Below, piece by piece: positions 1 through 11,754 of a stretch of DNA of 64,000 bases. The notes beneath the pieces were generated by a model. The model was given only the letters and a program-made list of their open reading frames with translations. It ran no database searches and was not told where the DNA came from. Every line of letters begins with the position of its first letter. The first letter of the stretch is position 1. Source of the stretch: Octopus sinensis (Eukaryota); contig NC_042999.1 in the NCBI RefSeq assembly GCF_006345805.1, positions 121,954,001 to 122,018,000 on the forward strand. The letters run 5' to 3'. A program made the position numbers and the translations under genes.

Positions 1-122
1 AGACACTGAGCCTTATGAAGGAGATGACTAAGGACTGAGATATCAAGAAGACTCATCTACCACAGCTAAATCGATACTGGTACTGATCCCACATAAAAAG
101 CACTCATGTTGGTAACATGTTA

Positions 123-310
123 AAAGCACCCAGTACACTCTGTGGTGTGGTTGGCGTTAGGATGGGCATCCAGCTGTAGAAACCATTCCAGAACAGACAA
201 TGGAGCCTGGTGTGTCTCTTGACCTTACCAGCTTCGGTCAAATTACCAGCCTATGCCAGTATGAAAAAAGGATGTTAAATGATGATGATGATGATGATGA
301 ATAATGATGA
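123..310 (+). mobile_element. RTE-tail element (5'-truncated RTE LINE or RTE-mobilised SINE)
   Basis: GGTTGGCGTTAGGATGGGCATCCAGCTGTAGAAACCAT...CCTATGCCAGTATG...GGATGTTAAATGATGATG; matches the 3' tail of the RTE at 43170-43340 and ends in (GAT)n. Confidence 0.75.
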
Positions 311-649
311 TTACTCCTATCACTTTCAACATGTGAGTGTTTGAAGGTGAGAACTTTAAAAAAAAGAAGAAAAAATCAACTTTAAAAATATAAGAAGCTG
401 AATCTATTTGTGATGGATGTGTGAATGTAATTTGAAATTTGCTATGACGTCACAGTGGGGACATTGCTGATTTAGATTTTGCTTGGGATTGGGAAAATGT
501 GTCTGTTGATTGCAGGATATAATTCTTCTATGGTTCTGTTTCTTCTACTCAAATTGTTTTGACACATCATGTCACATTTTTTACACCATGCAGATCAATC
601 TTGGCAATAAATTTCCCAAAGTTTTCCAGAGTGCCTCACAATTCACTGG

Positions 650-1072
650 TTTCAAAATTTGGCACATAGCTAGCAATTTTGAGGGAGGAGTAAGTTGATT
701 ATATCGACCCCAGTGCTCAACTGGTTATTATTTTATTGAGCTTGAAAGGACAAAAGGCAAAGTCAACCTATTCTTTTATTCTTTTACTTGTTTCAGTCAT
801 TAGACTGTGGCTATGCTGGGGCACCACCTTGGAAAGCTGTGGTGAAACAGTCAGCAGAAGTTTTGCCATTAGCTTCTACCAGAGGTTTCACTCATAAACA
901 CACACATCACCCGGTCTGAGATTCAAACCCATGATCCTTCAACCGTGAGTTCACTGTTCTAACCACTAGGCCATGTGCCTCCATGTGAAATTTGAACACA
1001 AAATGTAAAAATGGATGAAGTTCCTCCAAACATTTTGATTGTTATGCTAACCATTCTGCCAGCTCATCACTT
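650..1072 (-). mobile_element. tRNA-derived SINE (family A) split by a second SINE at ~770-986
   Basis: 650-769 and ~987-1072 match the two halves of the family seen intact at 2147-2373 and 6262-6474; the intervening ~215 bp has its own tRNA-like head (905-986) and CTTTTACTTGTTTCAGTC tail. Confidence 0.65.
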
Positions 1073-1073
<1 letters not shown>

Positions 1074-1105
<32 letters not shown>

Positions 1106-1118
1106 AACAACAACAACA
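1074..1118. repeat. (ACT)n(ACA)n compound microsatellite
   Basis: Direct reading of the sequence. Confidence 0.95.
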
Positions 1119-1544
1119 AACTGCTACCTTTGTCTCAGAAATGGCATGTTAGTAAATTCTATATTTTATGGAAGAGAAATATCATATTTTGAACTTTTAT
1201 GCTATGTATATTTGGTACTTAGTCTGTATTGTAAATTTGACCAAATAAATAAATAAATAATATTAAGTATAATATTTAAGATACTTTTATTCACATTCTC
1301 TCCTCATAAATAAATTGGCTTAGCTATAACAAGCTGTGATCTAACTCAATACAATAAAATAAAATAAAATAAAAATAAAATATGTATGATATGAGGTTTC
1401 ATTTACAATATCAAGAAAGTAATGCACATAAAAGATGGATGCTTCAGATACATTCAAAAGAAGTGAACGTTACAGATATACTCAAAGGAGTAAATGTTAC
1501 ATATATAGAGATGAACACAGCATTATACAAGTTTGCTAAGAATG

Positions 1545-1565
1545 CTTGAGTGTGCTTGTGTGTGC

Positions 1566-1596
<31 letters not shown>

Positions 1597-1612
1597 TGTG
1601 TGTGTGTGTGTA
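1545..1612. repeat. (TG)n(AG)n(TG)n microsatellite
   Basis: Direct reading of the sequence. Confidence 0.95.
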
Positions 1613-1899
1613 TGCAAGCATGAAGAAGTAGATGCTTAAACAATGATGGTAAAGAGGAGAAGGATGTCTGGTACGTATACATGGGACTGAGTTGGCAAAG
1701 CAACTGTCAGAACTCTTTTATGTGTGAGCAATCATACAATAGGTTGGTGTGGATATGATATGTCATGTATGTATGTGCAAGATGCAAGTGCATCTGTATG
1801 ACATATGCATAAGATGTAAGTGGATCAGCATAATTTAAGCATAAGGTGCAGTTGTGTTGGCATGATGTGCATGCTTTTGTACAATTAAGTCTGTGAAAA

Positions 1900-2430
1900 T
1901 TCTGTAGACATGAATTACACAAGACAGGAACATATGATTTTATGTTTCTTGTAGTAAATAAGCTTTCTCGATGAGAATCAAGTTAACTTGTAAAGCGAAT
2001 AAGTTACTGCTGAGTTCTGTATTTCGAAATTTGTAGTTGTGAAAGGAGTTTTCATGGTACTGTTGAACTCTCAGATGTTCTTGTTTGTTTGTTGCAGTGG
2101 CAATACTGTTGTGCTGCTCAGTTTTTCTTGATAATATTTGGGCAGGTAAGCTGGCAGAAATGTTAGCATGCCGGGCGAAATGCTTTGCGGTATTTCGTCC
2201 ACTGCTGCGTTCTGAGTTCAAATTCCACCAAGGTCGACTTTGCCTTTCGTCCTTTCGGGGGTCGATAAATTAAGTACCAGTTATGCACTGGGATCGATGT
2301 AGTCGACTTAATCCGTTTGTCTGTCCTTGTTTGTCCCCTCTGTATTTAGCCCCTTGTGGGTAGTAAAGAAATAGATAATATCTGGGCAGGCTGTTGAAGC
2401 TCATCTATCTTGGTTGCTGTTTCTGATTCA
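1900..2430 (-). mobile_element. Decayed Penelope-like element, GIY-YIG endonuclease C-terminal remnant, interrupted by a SINE
   Basis: Minus-strand translation ATATNKQEHLRVQQYHENSFHNYKFRNTELSSNLFALQ resembles the PLE endonuclease segment R..NHKSSF....K.R..TELSKYIW.L; a Cys pair (SCNSCLQ) follows downstream. Confidence 0.45.
2147..2373 (+). mobile_element. tRNA-derived SINE (family A), intact, with 17-bp target-site duplication
   Basis: Head AAGCTGGCAGAAATGTTAGCATGCCGGGCG, B-box-like GAGTTCAAATTCC, central GGGTCGATAAATTAAGTACCAG; flanked by GATAATAT(T/C)TGGGCAGG at 2130-2146 and 2374-2390. Confidence 0.85.
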
Positions 2431-3794
2431 TAGTTGGTCTGTTGTTATCACTGATGTACCGGCTAATAAAACTATTACTCTGAGCTATGATGAATTCAAA
2501 CTGGTATGCACCCACTAGTAACAATACCAGTTATTCCATGACTTTCATTAAAATAACATTGGTCTAAATTACTGTTTGCTTATTTTGGTGCCAGTTTTTA
2601 TTTTTCTGAGGAAATGAAGAAAAGGAAGCATAGAGTGATGATGAGGGACTGTTGTCCTGGAAGCTACTGTTGTTATTAATGAAGGCACATCAGTTATTGA
2701 TCAAGAAAATTGCAAGATGTTTCATCAGTGCCAGTTGGTCTATGGTTAAGCTCAATTGTTAAATCAAACTACTAATCTGTGAATTTACATTTCAATAACT
2801 GGCACATTCAGAGCATGCAGTTAGGTTTTCAATTCAAGTGCATAATAACTGGAATTTTTACAATATGTTAATATGTTCATTATTTTTATTGTTATTAATA
2901 TCATTAATTATTGAGTCTACTGTTATTTTAACTGCAACTTTCACCAATGCTGTGTTTTATTAGTTTTTCAGTGGTTCTCATCAGAAGTCAGATCTAGTTT
3001 CACTCTCCAAGATTTCTCAAATGATAGCCCAAAGATCATATATATGTAGCATATGTGTGTAAAGTGTGAATGTGATAATTTTCTTTTTAAATCTTATCAG
3101 CATTTTCTTCGAGGTGGTTACAGAAAAAACAAGTCATGTGGTAGAAAAGACTGACAAGCTGAAATTAGGCTAGGCTTTCAAAAGAACTGTTATCAACTTT
3201 AAATAACATTAGGAATAAAATGTGAAGTTGGAGATAGAAGTTTTCATCGTGAATAAATTTTATGAAAGAAAACTGAGAGGGGTGGGGCTGCCATGATAAA
3301 GGTAAAAATATAGCACTTTTAGTCTTTTTCAAGAAGAAATTAGCTGTAATTAGAGGAGAGTAGATGAAATTCTTCAGTTCCTTATGATTTGGGAAAAATG
3401 AAAAATATGACTGGATTCAATGATAATATATTGTAATCAATGAGTGGAGGTAATAAACAGTTATGGAAAATGTGACCAAGAGCGACTTGTAAAAGTTCTT
3501 TTGGTTCCTTTTTTTAAACTAGAAGTAGAGGCCTTACTGACTTGTTAGCACTCCTGGCTGGCTATCCATGTCAGAAATAAATTCTGAAGGCAAGACATGG
3601 AAACTGATGTCTGAGAAGTAGGGCAGTTTCAGGAATAAAGGTATTTTTGTAGTACCCCTACCCCTATTTTTGGACTCTGTTGGGAAATTATTAGCAATCT
3701 CATATGTATGATGATACCAAGTAATATTCCAGAAGAAGCAGTTCTGGTACCAGTGAATCTGAAATAGTTGGAACACTGGCCTTCTGTCAGTTAC

Positions 3795-3980
3795 GATGAT
3801 GAAGGTTCCAGTTGATCCTGTCAATGGAAAAGCCTACTTGTGAAATTAATGTGCAAGTGGCTGAACACTCCACAGACACATGTATCCTTAACAAAGTTCT
3901 CATGGAGATTAAGTGTGACACAGAATGTGACACGGTTAACTCTTTGAATATACCCTAACCACTAAGCCATGCACCTTCAC
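3795..3980 (-). mobile_element. Internally deleted SINE fragment
   Basis: tRNA-like head remnant (rc of CTAACCACTAAGCCATGCACCTTCAC) joined to a body GTGAAATTAATGTGCAAGTGGCTGAACACTCCACAGAC that I recall as a cephalopod repeat. Confidence 0.5.
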
Positions 3981-4818
3981 CAGTTGGAAAATTTTAATTA
4001 GTGCCTTATCACTATCAACAATGCTGGAAGCATGTCTGAAGGAAGAACATCATTCCTTAATATTATTTAAGGAAAAAAATAAAGAAAACATAAGCTTCCA
4101 TCCACCTTGATAAAAAAAAAGGAGGTTGTGTAAGTTGGGTTTGTGCATAAAAATTTAAGAGGATAAATTAGTCTAATTTTAGTATGCTGTTTTGAGAGTA
4201 GCTTGGAAATGTTAACTGGTTAATGGAGTGTATTTCTGAGAATGACAACATAGTGAGAAATAATGTTATGTCATTTCAATTGATTAAAATCTATAACTAT
4301 CATTCTTTTTCTCCTGTTTCCTTTGTTAACTATTCAATGTAAGGATCTAGTGCCTTATAATTTAATAGAGTATGAGTAGAATTTCAAATTGATGATTTAA
4401 TAGCTTCTTGGTTTTACACTATGTAGATGGATTCCTTGCTATATTTCATAAAGTATGGCTCTATTTGCATGGAATATAATTATCTATCAACACCTATAAT
4501 ATTTATGCACTTAGGAATGAAAAATGAAAGAAATCAATTTTTTTTTTATGGAATCTAACAAAATTGATTTGGATATGAAGTCGTGGTTGATGACTATATA
4601 ATTATGTCAATTTTTTAGAATATAAGATTGATGATTTACTTTTAATATCATTTCCAACGAAACAGTTCCATATTTAAAAATCAATTAAAAATTATACCAG
4701 AATTGGAAGCTTTAGTACATAATATCAGCAAAATACAGTGTTCAGTGTTAATGTTATGATGGGTGGATTCTAACTGATCTCTGGTAAGAAATAATTGAAG
4801 AAATAACTGATTCACTTA

Positions 4819-4980
4819 ATCATCATCATCATCATCGTTTAACGTCCGCTTTCCATGCTAGCATGGGTTGGACAGTTCAACTGGGGTCTGGAGAGCCCGA
4901 AGGCTGCACCAGGCCAGTCAGATCTGGCAGTGTTTCTACAGCTGGATGCCCTTCCTAACGCCAACCACTCCGAGAGTGTA
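4819..4980 (-). mobile_element. RTE-tail element
   Basis: (CAT)n followed by CGTTTAACGTCCGCTTTCCATGCTAGCATGGGTTGGAC...GGATGCCCTTCCTAACGCCAACCAC, the reverse complement of the RTE tail. Confidence 0.85.
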
Positions 4981-5239
4981 TTTATAATATTTATAATATT
5001 AGCGATAATGAGCTATATTAATGTTGCAGTACAGATAATAATATCAAGACCAAAGTTACTAGTGCAACAAGAGCAGCTGTTTTTGCATTTGTTATACTGC
5101 CCTTCAGTTAGATAATGTAGAAGAGAGTGATTCATGTATGCTTACAAGTTGACACCTGAATCATGTTAATTTATAAACTACAGATAACAGTGAATAATCA
5201 AGTATAATAAATATGGAAGGCATTAAAGTTACTACTGAT

Positions 5240-5420
5240 AGGCACAGTCATAGCTGTGTGATTTAGACGTTTGCCTTGGAACCATGTGGTCAAGGTTCAA
5301 TACCACTGCCTGAACCTTGTTAGTTATCATTCTTTACCAAAGCCAACTAATACCATGTGAGCAAAATCAGTAGACAGAAGCTGAAGATACCTGTCTCACA
5401 CACACACACATGAATTTATG
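5240..5420 (+). mobile_element. Degenerate tRNA-derived SINE (family B, CORE-like)
   Basis: Similar to 25912-26324: head GCTGTGTGATTTAGAC...GGTTCAATACCACTG, then CCAAAGCC...GTGAGC...GTAGACAGAAGCTGAA. Confidence 0.55.
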
Positions 5421-6261
5421 TATGCTTATGTTCGCTATGCCAACAACAGATTAGGTACTTTTCATGGGAGCTTTTACCTGTTTCTTAGGGGTTTGATAAT
5501 CAAACTGTATTGGATGGGGAAGAGCTGTGCTGAGCATTTTCACTTACCATTATTTCCAGATTCCTTTTGACCTGGGATACAGGAGGTCCCCATTATTTTT
5601 GACAAAGCTGCAAGGAAGGCAGCTCTTTTAGGAGAAAGAAAGTTTGACATAAAACTTGCAGTCAAAATAGTACCATCTTGCAATGCTTCTCAATGGAAAC
5701 TATTATGGTGATCAGGAAAGTGACAAAAGTCACTTAAATCTAATGATGTACAAATGTCTCATTATCATAATGTGAAACATCTGTCATCTGACGAGGTGAG
5801 GCAATCATCATGCATGCATGTATCTTTGTACATATGTATGTACATACGTATGTCTGAGTGTGTTTGTGTTTGTTTCTTATCTACATGTTTGCTGGCCCTA
5901 AATAAAAACAACAACCTTACAATTAATACAAGTAGTGTCATATACATGCAGTCAACCATGCAAGCACATACTTGTTTTCTGACATGTTTTGACATGTTAA
6001 TGAGTTTTGTAAACACAAACTGCCAGCTGATTTTTGTCCAATAGCCTAAGGAATTATTATCTTTCATGGAAACAGGTTAGAGTTGATGACAGGAAGAGCT
6101 TTCAGCTGCAAAAGGCGTGCCTCACCAAATTCCAGTTGACTCATGCAAATGGATGTTAAAATATGATGAGAGTAGTGATAGTGGTAGTAGTGGTGATGGG
6201 TTAAATTTTCTATTTAAAAAGTAGTCATCAGCAATAAATATAAAATGCAATTAAAATTGGT

Positions 6262-6474
6262 TTAAAATTTTGGCATAAGGTCATAAATTTCAGAGAAGGG
6301 GATAAGTCAATTGCATCAACCCCAGTGCTCAAGTGGTACTTATTTTATTGACCTTTGAAAGGATGAAAGGCAAACTTAACTTTGGCAGAATTTGAACTCA
6401 GAATGTAAAGACAGACAAAACACTGCTATGCATTTCACCCAGTATGCTAACGATTCTGCCAGCTCACCACCTTA
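6262..6474 (-). mobile_element. tRNA-derived SINE (family A)
   Basis: Reverse-complement match to 2147-2373 (GCTAACGATTCTGCCAGCTCACCACC head; TGGTACTTATTTTATTGACC central motif). Confidence 0.8.
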
Positions 6475-7149
6475 AGTGCAATTAATATCAAAAGCCTTCA
6501 GGTCTCCATGTAATAGCGTTGGTCATCAGTTAAACTTTTTATTAGAAATATGTTAGTAAAATATTAGAATTTCAATATTTAATGATCTTTAATTCATAAA
6601 CTTTCAAAATAACTTCCCATCAATGAGCTAGGATAGTGGATTTGATTTCTAAAATATTTTAGGTGGCTTTATCAAAAAGGTGAAGTTTTAGAGAATTATA
6701 TTTCATGGAATCTTTTTTTTTTTGCTTTTGATTTCTTTTTGTTACAATTCTATTAGTTTGTAATGTTTAAATTGACAAAATCTTTAATGCATGAAATCTG
6801 AAAAAATATTTTTAAAAATTTATCTTAGTTCTTCATATTTTAAGAAAGTCTTCTTATAATGGATTTGAAGAGGAGAGAGAATGGGGTTTCTTTCACTCTC
6901 TAAACATTTACCTGAACTGTTAAAAATAGTAACCATAACTCCTGTAAGCAACATCCTTTTCTTTAAAATATAGAAACATAAATTTGAAAATATAAACCCA
7001 AATATACATAAGGAGTAGGTAGTCATGGCAGGAAAACTTTTGATTAAGGCTGAGGTTAAAAAAACAATTACAACTTACTTTTTTATAGTGAATGATGGTA
7101 TGTTTTGGTAGTTTATTGTTTGGTATTTAAGTGTTGTCAGAATAATGAG

Positions 7150-7520
7150 AATTCCTTCCTCTTACCAACCCTTACATGTTTTCAGATAAGATTATATTAC
7201 CCTGTGATCAGGTATGGTTCCACAGAAGATTGGAAACAAAGGACAATGCTTGTATGACATTGATTCTTATTTACAGCTACCATGTGATGTCAAGAGAAGG
7301 AGGCACTAGTGCACACATACACATACACACATTCACCCTGCCCCCACACATACACACATACACACACACAATGACCTTTTATCTGCCAAATCCTCACACA
7401 AGGGCATTGGTCAACTTGGGGCTATAGTAGAAGATACTTGCTCAAAGTTCCACACAGTGGGACTGAATCTAAAACTATGTGATTGAATAGCAAACTTTAT
7501 TCCAGCACAGTCACATCTAC
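7150..7520 (-). mobile_element. Composite repeat: family B SINE head plus an upstream repeat segment
   Basis: 7375-7520 matches the rc of the family B SINE; 7150-7310 matches 11060-11220. Confidence 0.6.
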
Positions 7521-7604
7521 ACTTAAATATATATACATAAGTGCCAGAAGTGGGCACTGGAGGAAGTGATCATATGTCAGAAGATGAAAGTTTAGAGTGT
7601 GACA

Positions 7605-7920
7605 GGGAGGCAGAAACAGCTGTCTTGCTGCAGAGGAAGTCCACGGCTACTCAGCCAGAGAGAGTGGGTGGGAGAGAAAGAGAGTGAGAGGTAACAAGAA
7701 TGAGGACAGAAACAGGTGTGCTGCTGAAGAGGTGGGACATAGTTATCTAGAGAGAGAGTGGGCGTTAACAAGAAAGAGGTGTGCTGCTCTAAAGGAGATA
7801 CATGGTTACCTAGATAAGAGAAAGAGAAAGAGCAAGAGAGAGTGATCAAGAATGAGGGCAGAAACAGGTTTGTTGCTGCAGAGGAGATACATGATTACTC
7901 AGCCAAAGGAAAGTGCAAGG
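7605..7920. repeat. Imperfect tandem repeat, four ~60-bp cores separated by AG-rich spacers
   Basis: Core GAGGnCAGAAACAGgTGTgcTGCTGCAGAGGaGATACATGgTTACtcAG recurs near 7607, 7702, 7770 and 7855. Confidence 0.7.
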
Positions 7921-8770
7921 GAGAGAGAGAGAGAGTAGGAGATGGGTGACAGCAAATGCCAGGGTATACTTGCAAGGAACGGGGATCAGAGCCTAAATTG
8001 GATAGTAGAGTAAGAAAGAGGGAAATGGATGGTGGCAGGTACTGGTAGGGTATCACCAAGGAATTGCGAGTTGGGAGTGGAGGTGGGGAAGGCTAGCTGG
8101 TAAGAATCTGGGGATATAGGAGGCAAGGGGATGGGGGGAAGCAGCAATATAGTGAGCATTGTAGTGATGATTGGATTGGTAAGTGGGGGTGGGGTACACT
8201 GTGACTAGTGAAAATCTGGGTATGTAGAGCAAAAAGGTACAGGGGGGATACAACGAACAGGATAGTGAGAACTGGATTGGGGAGTGCAAGATAACCATAA
8301 TATATGAAGTGGAAAAGTAAGGGAGAAAAGAGATATAGTTTGGGAAGTGAGGGATGTAGTTTAGTTTGTTGGGTAGGGTGTGTGAAAGTTTCATTGTTAC
8401 ATGTCAGTGGGACACAATGCTTCTACAACTCAGGTTCACTGACATGGATAGTCTTCTCTAGAACCTCATAACACCAGAAATTTGACAGTGTCATTTCCTC
8501 TGTGAGCTCCAACATCCTGAGATCAGTCCTCACCACTTCATCGCATCTCTTCCTGGGTCTCCCATATTTTCCTGAATATATATATTATTAATAAATTCCA
8601 GTGTAGCAAAAATATTTAGAAAATTTTTTTGCTCCCTGTGGTCTAGTGAGAAGAAAAAAACTTGTCAATAGACTGAGTTTAACTACTCCTTCTAGTGGGT
8701 CAGATGCCCTGTTATAGCTATCTCTTATGTGTTTAAATGTACACTGTATATATATATATATATATATATA

Positions 8771-9085
8771 TCATCATCATCATCATCATCGTTTAGCGTC
8801 CGTTTTCCATGCTAGCATGGGTTGGACGGTTCAACTGGCGTCTGTGAAGCCGGAAGGCTTCATCAGGCCTAGTCAGATCTGGCAGTGTTTCTACGGCTGG
8901 ATGCCCTTCCTAACGCCAACCACTCCGTGAGTGTAGTGGGTGCTTTTTACGTGCCACCCGCACAGGTGCCAGACAGAGCTGGAAAACGGCCACAAACGGA
9001 TGGTGCTTTTTATGTGCCACCGGCACGGGGGCCAGGCGAGGCTGGCAACGGACACGAATGGATGGTGCTTTTTACGTGCCACCAC
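8771..9085 (-). mobile_element. RTE-tail element with ~62-bp internal tandem repeats
   Basis: (CAT)n-tailed RTE 3' end; the unit TGGTGCTTTTTACGTGCCACCGGCAC... repeats at ~8937, ~9000 and ~9062. Confidence 0.85.
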
Positions 9086-9414
9086 ATACTCAATGGATGA
9101 GCCTTGCTTGTTCACAAGCAGGCTGCAGGATAGCATGATAGGGAAGACTCCCTCAAAATACCAAGTGTTAAAATACCTGAAAGTCAGAGACAGGTAAGAC
9201 AACTCGCCTTAAATCCCATATAGGAGCAATGGATATCAACATTTCGCCATTTTTGTGGCTGGTCAATATCATCTACCTGAATCAAATCAGAGGTGATTTG
9301 AATCGCCAGTCTATGACTTTGTACGTATAGTGTAAAACCATTTGCTGGTAATCCACCATGATGCATATTTCAGAGTGTATTCAAATATATAACGATAGTC
9401 CTTGCTTTTATAGG

Positions 9415-9618
9415 TACAAGCCTAAAATTGTTGAGTTAGGAGTGGCAAATTGATTACATCAACGCCAGTACCTGACTGGTACTCATTTTATTAACTCCCA
9501 AAAAGATGAAAGACAGTCCACCCCGGTTGATGGTAAACTCAGGAGGTAAAGTGCCAGAAGAAATGCTATTAAGTATTTTGTCTGGTGCTGTAATGATTCT
9601 GCCAGCTCAACATCTTAA
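9415..9618 (-). mobile_element. tRNA-derived SINE (family A), degenerate
   Basis: Match to 6262-6474, including GATTACATCAAC...TGGTACTCATTTTATT and the head GATTCTGCCAGCTC. Confidence 0.7.
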
Positions 9619-9728
9619 TAATGATAATAATAACAATAATAATAATAATAATAATATTATCATCATTATCATCATTATTATTATTATTATGATTGTTTAG
9701 ATGTTGAGCTGACAGAATCGTTACAGCA

Positions 9729-10440
9729 TGTGAAGAAGCGCCGATCTCTACCAGTTGAAGGAAGCTGTGGAAGAGGGAGACTTGGGAAGACATGGGGCGA
9801 GGTTGTGAAGAACGATCTTCAAATGTTGAGCTTCATGGAGGCAATGACTAATGACCGAAACCTGTGGCGTTATGCTGTGCTTGAGAAGATCTGGCAAGCC
9901 AAGTGAAATCATAGCTGTGGTCGTTGTTGGTGTCACAGAACTGGCCCCTGTACCCGTGGTAGTAAAAAGCACCTTTCAAGTGTTAGGCCTCATAGAGGCA
10001 ACGTGACTGATGCTGTTGTCGCATAACTAGCACCCATGCCAGTGACACGTAAAATGTACACTGGGCCTCACAGAGGCAATGATAAACGACATGCTTGAGA
10101 AGAAGACCCATCAAGCCAAGTGAAATAGTAGTCATGGCAGATATTGGTGTCATGCAAACTGACATCTATGTTGGTGGCACGTAAAAGCACCCATTACACT
10201 CCCAGAGTGGTTGGCATTTGGAAGGGCATCCAGCCATAGAAACCATGCCAAATCAGACTAAAGTCTGGTGCAGCCTCTCAGATTACCAGCCCTGGTCAAA
10301 CCATCCAACCCATGCCAGCATGGACAATGGACATTAAATGATGATGTTGATGATGATGATGATGATAATGATGACAACAACGACGACGATGATGATGATG
10401 ATGATAATGATGATAATGATGATGAGGATAATGATGAATA
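9729..10440 (+). mobile_element. 5'-truncated RTE LINE: ORF C-terminus, 3' UTR and expanded (GAT)n tail
   Basis: Translates VKKRRSLPVEGSCGRGRLGKTWGEVVKNDLQMLSFMEAMTNDRNLWRYAVLEKIWQAK*, typical of an RTE C-terminus (RGRPRKTW..VV..DL....DR..WR); tail at 10180-10340, then ~100 bp of GAT/GAC/AAT repeats. Confidence 0.85.
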
Positions 10441-10984
10441 ATCATATCTACTATAGGCACAAGCCTGAAATCTGGGGGATGGTGCCACTTGATTACATTG
10501 ACCCCATTGCTCAACTGGTATTTGTTTCATTAACCCCAAAGGGATGAAAGACAATTAAATATGAGTTTATGTTATTGTTACACTTAATTCACATTTGTAG
10601 ATCTTTGTAAGTGAGTGTGTAGGTCCCTTTGTTAGGTAAGCACAGGCTGTGTTAGTAGTTCAGTATATTTTTGTCTTATTGGATTTAATTTTTTTGCTTT
10701 GATAATTTAAAGGTCGAGGATACAAAGTCAAGTATTTAAAACCTTAAGGTTCTAAATCCTGAGCTAAAATGAAATTTCTAAGTAGAACCTACTGGAAACC
10801 TCTGGCCATTAGAGTGTTGGTAACACTTTAAGAGAACCTAGCCTAGAACCTAGCAAGAGAACCTAGCCTTGAAAATCTACTGCAATGATTTCCATGGAAA
10901 ACTGGACGTTAAAATTTTGGTAATGATGATGATTATGATGGCGTGTGTGTGTCTGTATGTGTGTGTTTATGTGTGTGTGAGACC

Positions 10985-11460
10985 ATCATCATTATCATTA
11001 TCCACTTTTCCATGCTCATGAGTTGGACAGAATTTATTGAGGCACATATTTTATGGCTACATCACCTTCTTGTTACCAATCCTCACCTCTTTGCAAGTAA
11101 GGTAGCAATTCCCCATGACCAAACATGTTTTTGCAGAAGGCTAGAAAAGAAGGACACTGCTTGCATGACAGTGGCACTTGCATAAAATAATCATGCAATG
11201 TCAAAGGAAGAAGACAATAACACACACATGCACATGAATGCTCATACACACACACACACACACACACACACATGCACACACACATATATACTTATGTAAA
11301 GAGCAGGTTTCTTTCAGTTTCCATTTACTAAATCCATTCACAAAATTTTGGAGAGGCTAAAGATCCATTAAAAGATATTTGCCCAAGATGCCATGCAGTA
11401 GGACTGAATTTGAAACCCTATGGTTGAGAAGAAAACTTCTTATGACACAGCTACCCCTAC
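10985..11460 (-). mobile_element. Composite repeat: family B SINE with (CA)n plus an RTE-tail-like segment
   Basis: Parallels 7150-7520; head remnant GGACTGAATTTGAAACCCTATGGTTG...ACACAGC at 11400-11455. Confidence 0.55.
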
Positions 11461-11508
11461 ACCCATACCATTTTATCTGAACAGTCAATAAATATATATA
11501 CTGTGACA

Positions 11509-11548
<40 letters not shown>

Positions 11549-11549
<1 letters not shown>

Positions 11550-11754
11550 TTTATTTAAAAGCAGCAGAAAATTCAACAAAACCTGTTACTCTGAGTTTCA
11601 CGTTCCCGTTCATCGGACAGTTTTTGCTAGAATAGAACCGATATGTCAATTCTATCAAGACTAGTATAAACGCTACACCTTTAAAAATGGACTTGTTTGA
11701 TTGGTCCTTTACAAATAACTGTCAATTTCGAGCGATAAACAAAAATAAGCTCAA

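Noticed and set aside
2940-2990. Minus-strand CUGAUGA...GAAA near the Penelope-like remnant
   Set aside because: Stem II does not pair and there is no valid NUH or stem III; at best an unrecognisable fossil.
8935-9075. Regularly spaced direct repeats superficially like a CRISPR array
   Set aside because: The whole ~62-bp unit repeats without unique spacers, it lies in an RTE 3' UTR, and the context is eukaryotic.
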